From Gammaproteobacteria bacterium (GTDB taxonomy: Bacteria > Pseudomonadota > Gammaproteobacteria > Eutrophobiales > Eutrophobiaceae), in contig CBDCTH010000012.1 in NCBI GenBank assembly GCA_965222155.1, forward strand, positions 2,176,001 to 2,240,000: 64,000 bases of DNA, given 5' to 3'. The first letter of the stretch is position 1; each line of letters begins with the position of its first letter. A program made the position numbers and the translations under genes. Below the pieces are notes generated by a model that ran no database searches, had not been told where the DNA came from, and was given only the letters and a program-made list of their open reading frames with translations. Shown here in pieces: positions 60,694 through 64,000 of this stretch.

Positions 60694-61025
60694 AGCGAAG
60701 CAACCGGTGGTTCAGGCAAAGGTTCGGGCAGCAAGTCCTGGTGGGCCGTCTCCGTGCTTTCGATAATCTGGTAGAACATCTCATCGGATTTAATCATGCC
60801 CATATCACTCCTGGCGCGTTCTTCAACTGCCTCCAGGCCATGTTTGAGGTCGATGACTTCGGCAGCCAGGGCATCATTTCTTTCCCGGAGCCGTTCATTT
60901 TCACCGATCAATTCCTGCTTTGTATTGCCGAGTCCGTTGACATCGGGCATCCCGCCGGGACTGAACCAGAGGCGGTATTGCAACAGCGCCAGTAATGCCA
61001 GCAGGATGATGATCAAGGGCTTCAT
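60690..61025 (-). CDS. ftsB: Cell division protein FtsB
   Basis: LQYRLW, coiled coil, EERAR.DMGMIK.DE.FY; located between eno and ispD. Confidence 0.95.
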   Translation of the reverse strand: MKPLIIILLALLALLQYRLWFSPGGMPDVNGLGNTKQELIGENERLRERNDALAAEVIDLKHGLEAVEERARSDMGMIKSDEMFYQIIESTETAHQDLLPEPLPEPPVASL

Positions 61026-61084
61026 CTCAGCCGCAGAGTAAAAACTGCTCCGGGCGATCTGCCGGCATGGGCCGGAATGGCGAT

Positions 61085-63204
<2,120 letters not shown>

Positions 63205-63206
63205 TT

Positions 63207-64000
63207 CTAGTTGCCTGACTGGTGGGACAACGCGGCCCGGATGAACCCGGTAAACAACGGATGTCCCTCTCTGGGGGTGGAATTGAATTCAGGGTGAAAC
63301 TGGCAGCCTATAAACCAGGGGTGATCGGCTAATTCGATGATTTCAACCAGGTTTTCATCTGCGGAGATACCGGCGACCTTCAACCCGTGCTGTTCCAGCC
63401 GGGTCCGGTAGTTATTATTGAACTCGTAGCGGTGCCGGTGTCGTTCCAGGACTGTATTCTTGCCGTACATGTCCCTGACCAGGGTGTCGTCCAGCAGCCG
63501 GCACGCCTGTCCGCCCAGTCTCATGGTGCCCCCCAGGTCGGAGTTTTCGTCCCGTCTCTCCTTTAATCCGTCGGCATTCAACCATTCAGTAATTAAGCCG
63601 ATGACGGGAAACGGCGTTTCCGGTGCAAATTCAGTACTGTCGGCACCTTTCAGACCGGCCACATACCTGGCAAACTCAATGACCGCCACCTGCATGCCCA
63701 GGCAGATCCCCAGGTAAGGGACATGATTTTCCCTGGCATAATTCGCCGTGGCGATCTTGCCTTCAATCCCCCTGTTGCCGAATCCTCCCGGCACCAGTAT
63801 CGCGTCCATACCCCGTAACCGGTCAACGCCGCCCTGTTCAACGTCTTCGGAATCAACATAGTGTATATCGATAGTTGTGCGGGTCTGAATACCGGCGTGA
63901 ATCAACGCCTCGGCCAGGGACTTATAGGAATCCGTCAAGCCGGTGTATTTGCCTACCATGCCAATGTTAACCGCGCTGACAGGATGTTCCACGGCATCAA
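63207..64000 (-). CDS. pyrG: CTP synthase, C-terminal glutaminase part (5' end cut by window edge)
   Basis: [31 protein letters not shown]. Confidence 0.97.
   Translation of the reverse strand, partial: DAVEHPVSAVNIGMVGKYTGLTDSYKSLAEALIHAGIQTRTTIDIHYVDSEDVEQGGVDRLRGMDAILVPGGFGNRGIEGKIATANYARENHVPYLGICLGMQVAVIEFARYVAGLKGADSTEFAPETPFPVIGLITEWLNADGLKERRDENSDLGGTMRLGGQACRLLDDTLVRDMYGKNTVLERHRHRYEFNNNYRTRLEQHGLKVAGISADENLVEIIELADHPWFIGCQFHPEFNSTPREGHPLFTGFIRAALSHQSGN

Overview
Chromosomal window from a gammaproteobacterium. Core genes bound it: tsaE-nnr on the left and pyrG-kdsA-eno-ftsB-ispD-ispF on the right. The ~57 kb between them is accessory and catabolic DNA. 2-17 kb: hexuronate/KDG genes (manD, tandemly duplicated kdgK-eda), a frameshifted SphI-like restriction-modification pair, toxin-antitoxin modules, an IS5 element and an unannotated two-gene module. 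In that module, the second protein aligns without gaps to the C-terminal domain of the first, a putative His-Cys hydrolase. 17-49 kb: TonB-dependent receptors, tannase/feruloyl esterase, L-fuconate dehydratase, an Opp-type ABC system, periplasmic peptide-processing genes in decay and a split aapJQM/aapP transporter. 49-59 kb: an NtrBC-like pair, an uncharacterised operon (L,D-transpeptidase-family protein, MotA/ExbB-like and ExbD-like proteins) and zinc uptake genes. Several families of tiny palindromic mobile elements occur throughout, nested in each other and inside the IS5 transposase gene. No rRNA, tRNA, CRISPR array or integron integrase was seen. All family calls come from motif recognition by eye; no database searches were run.
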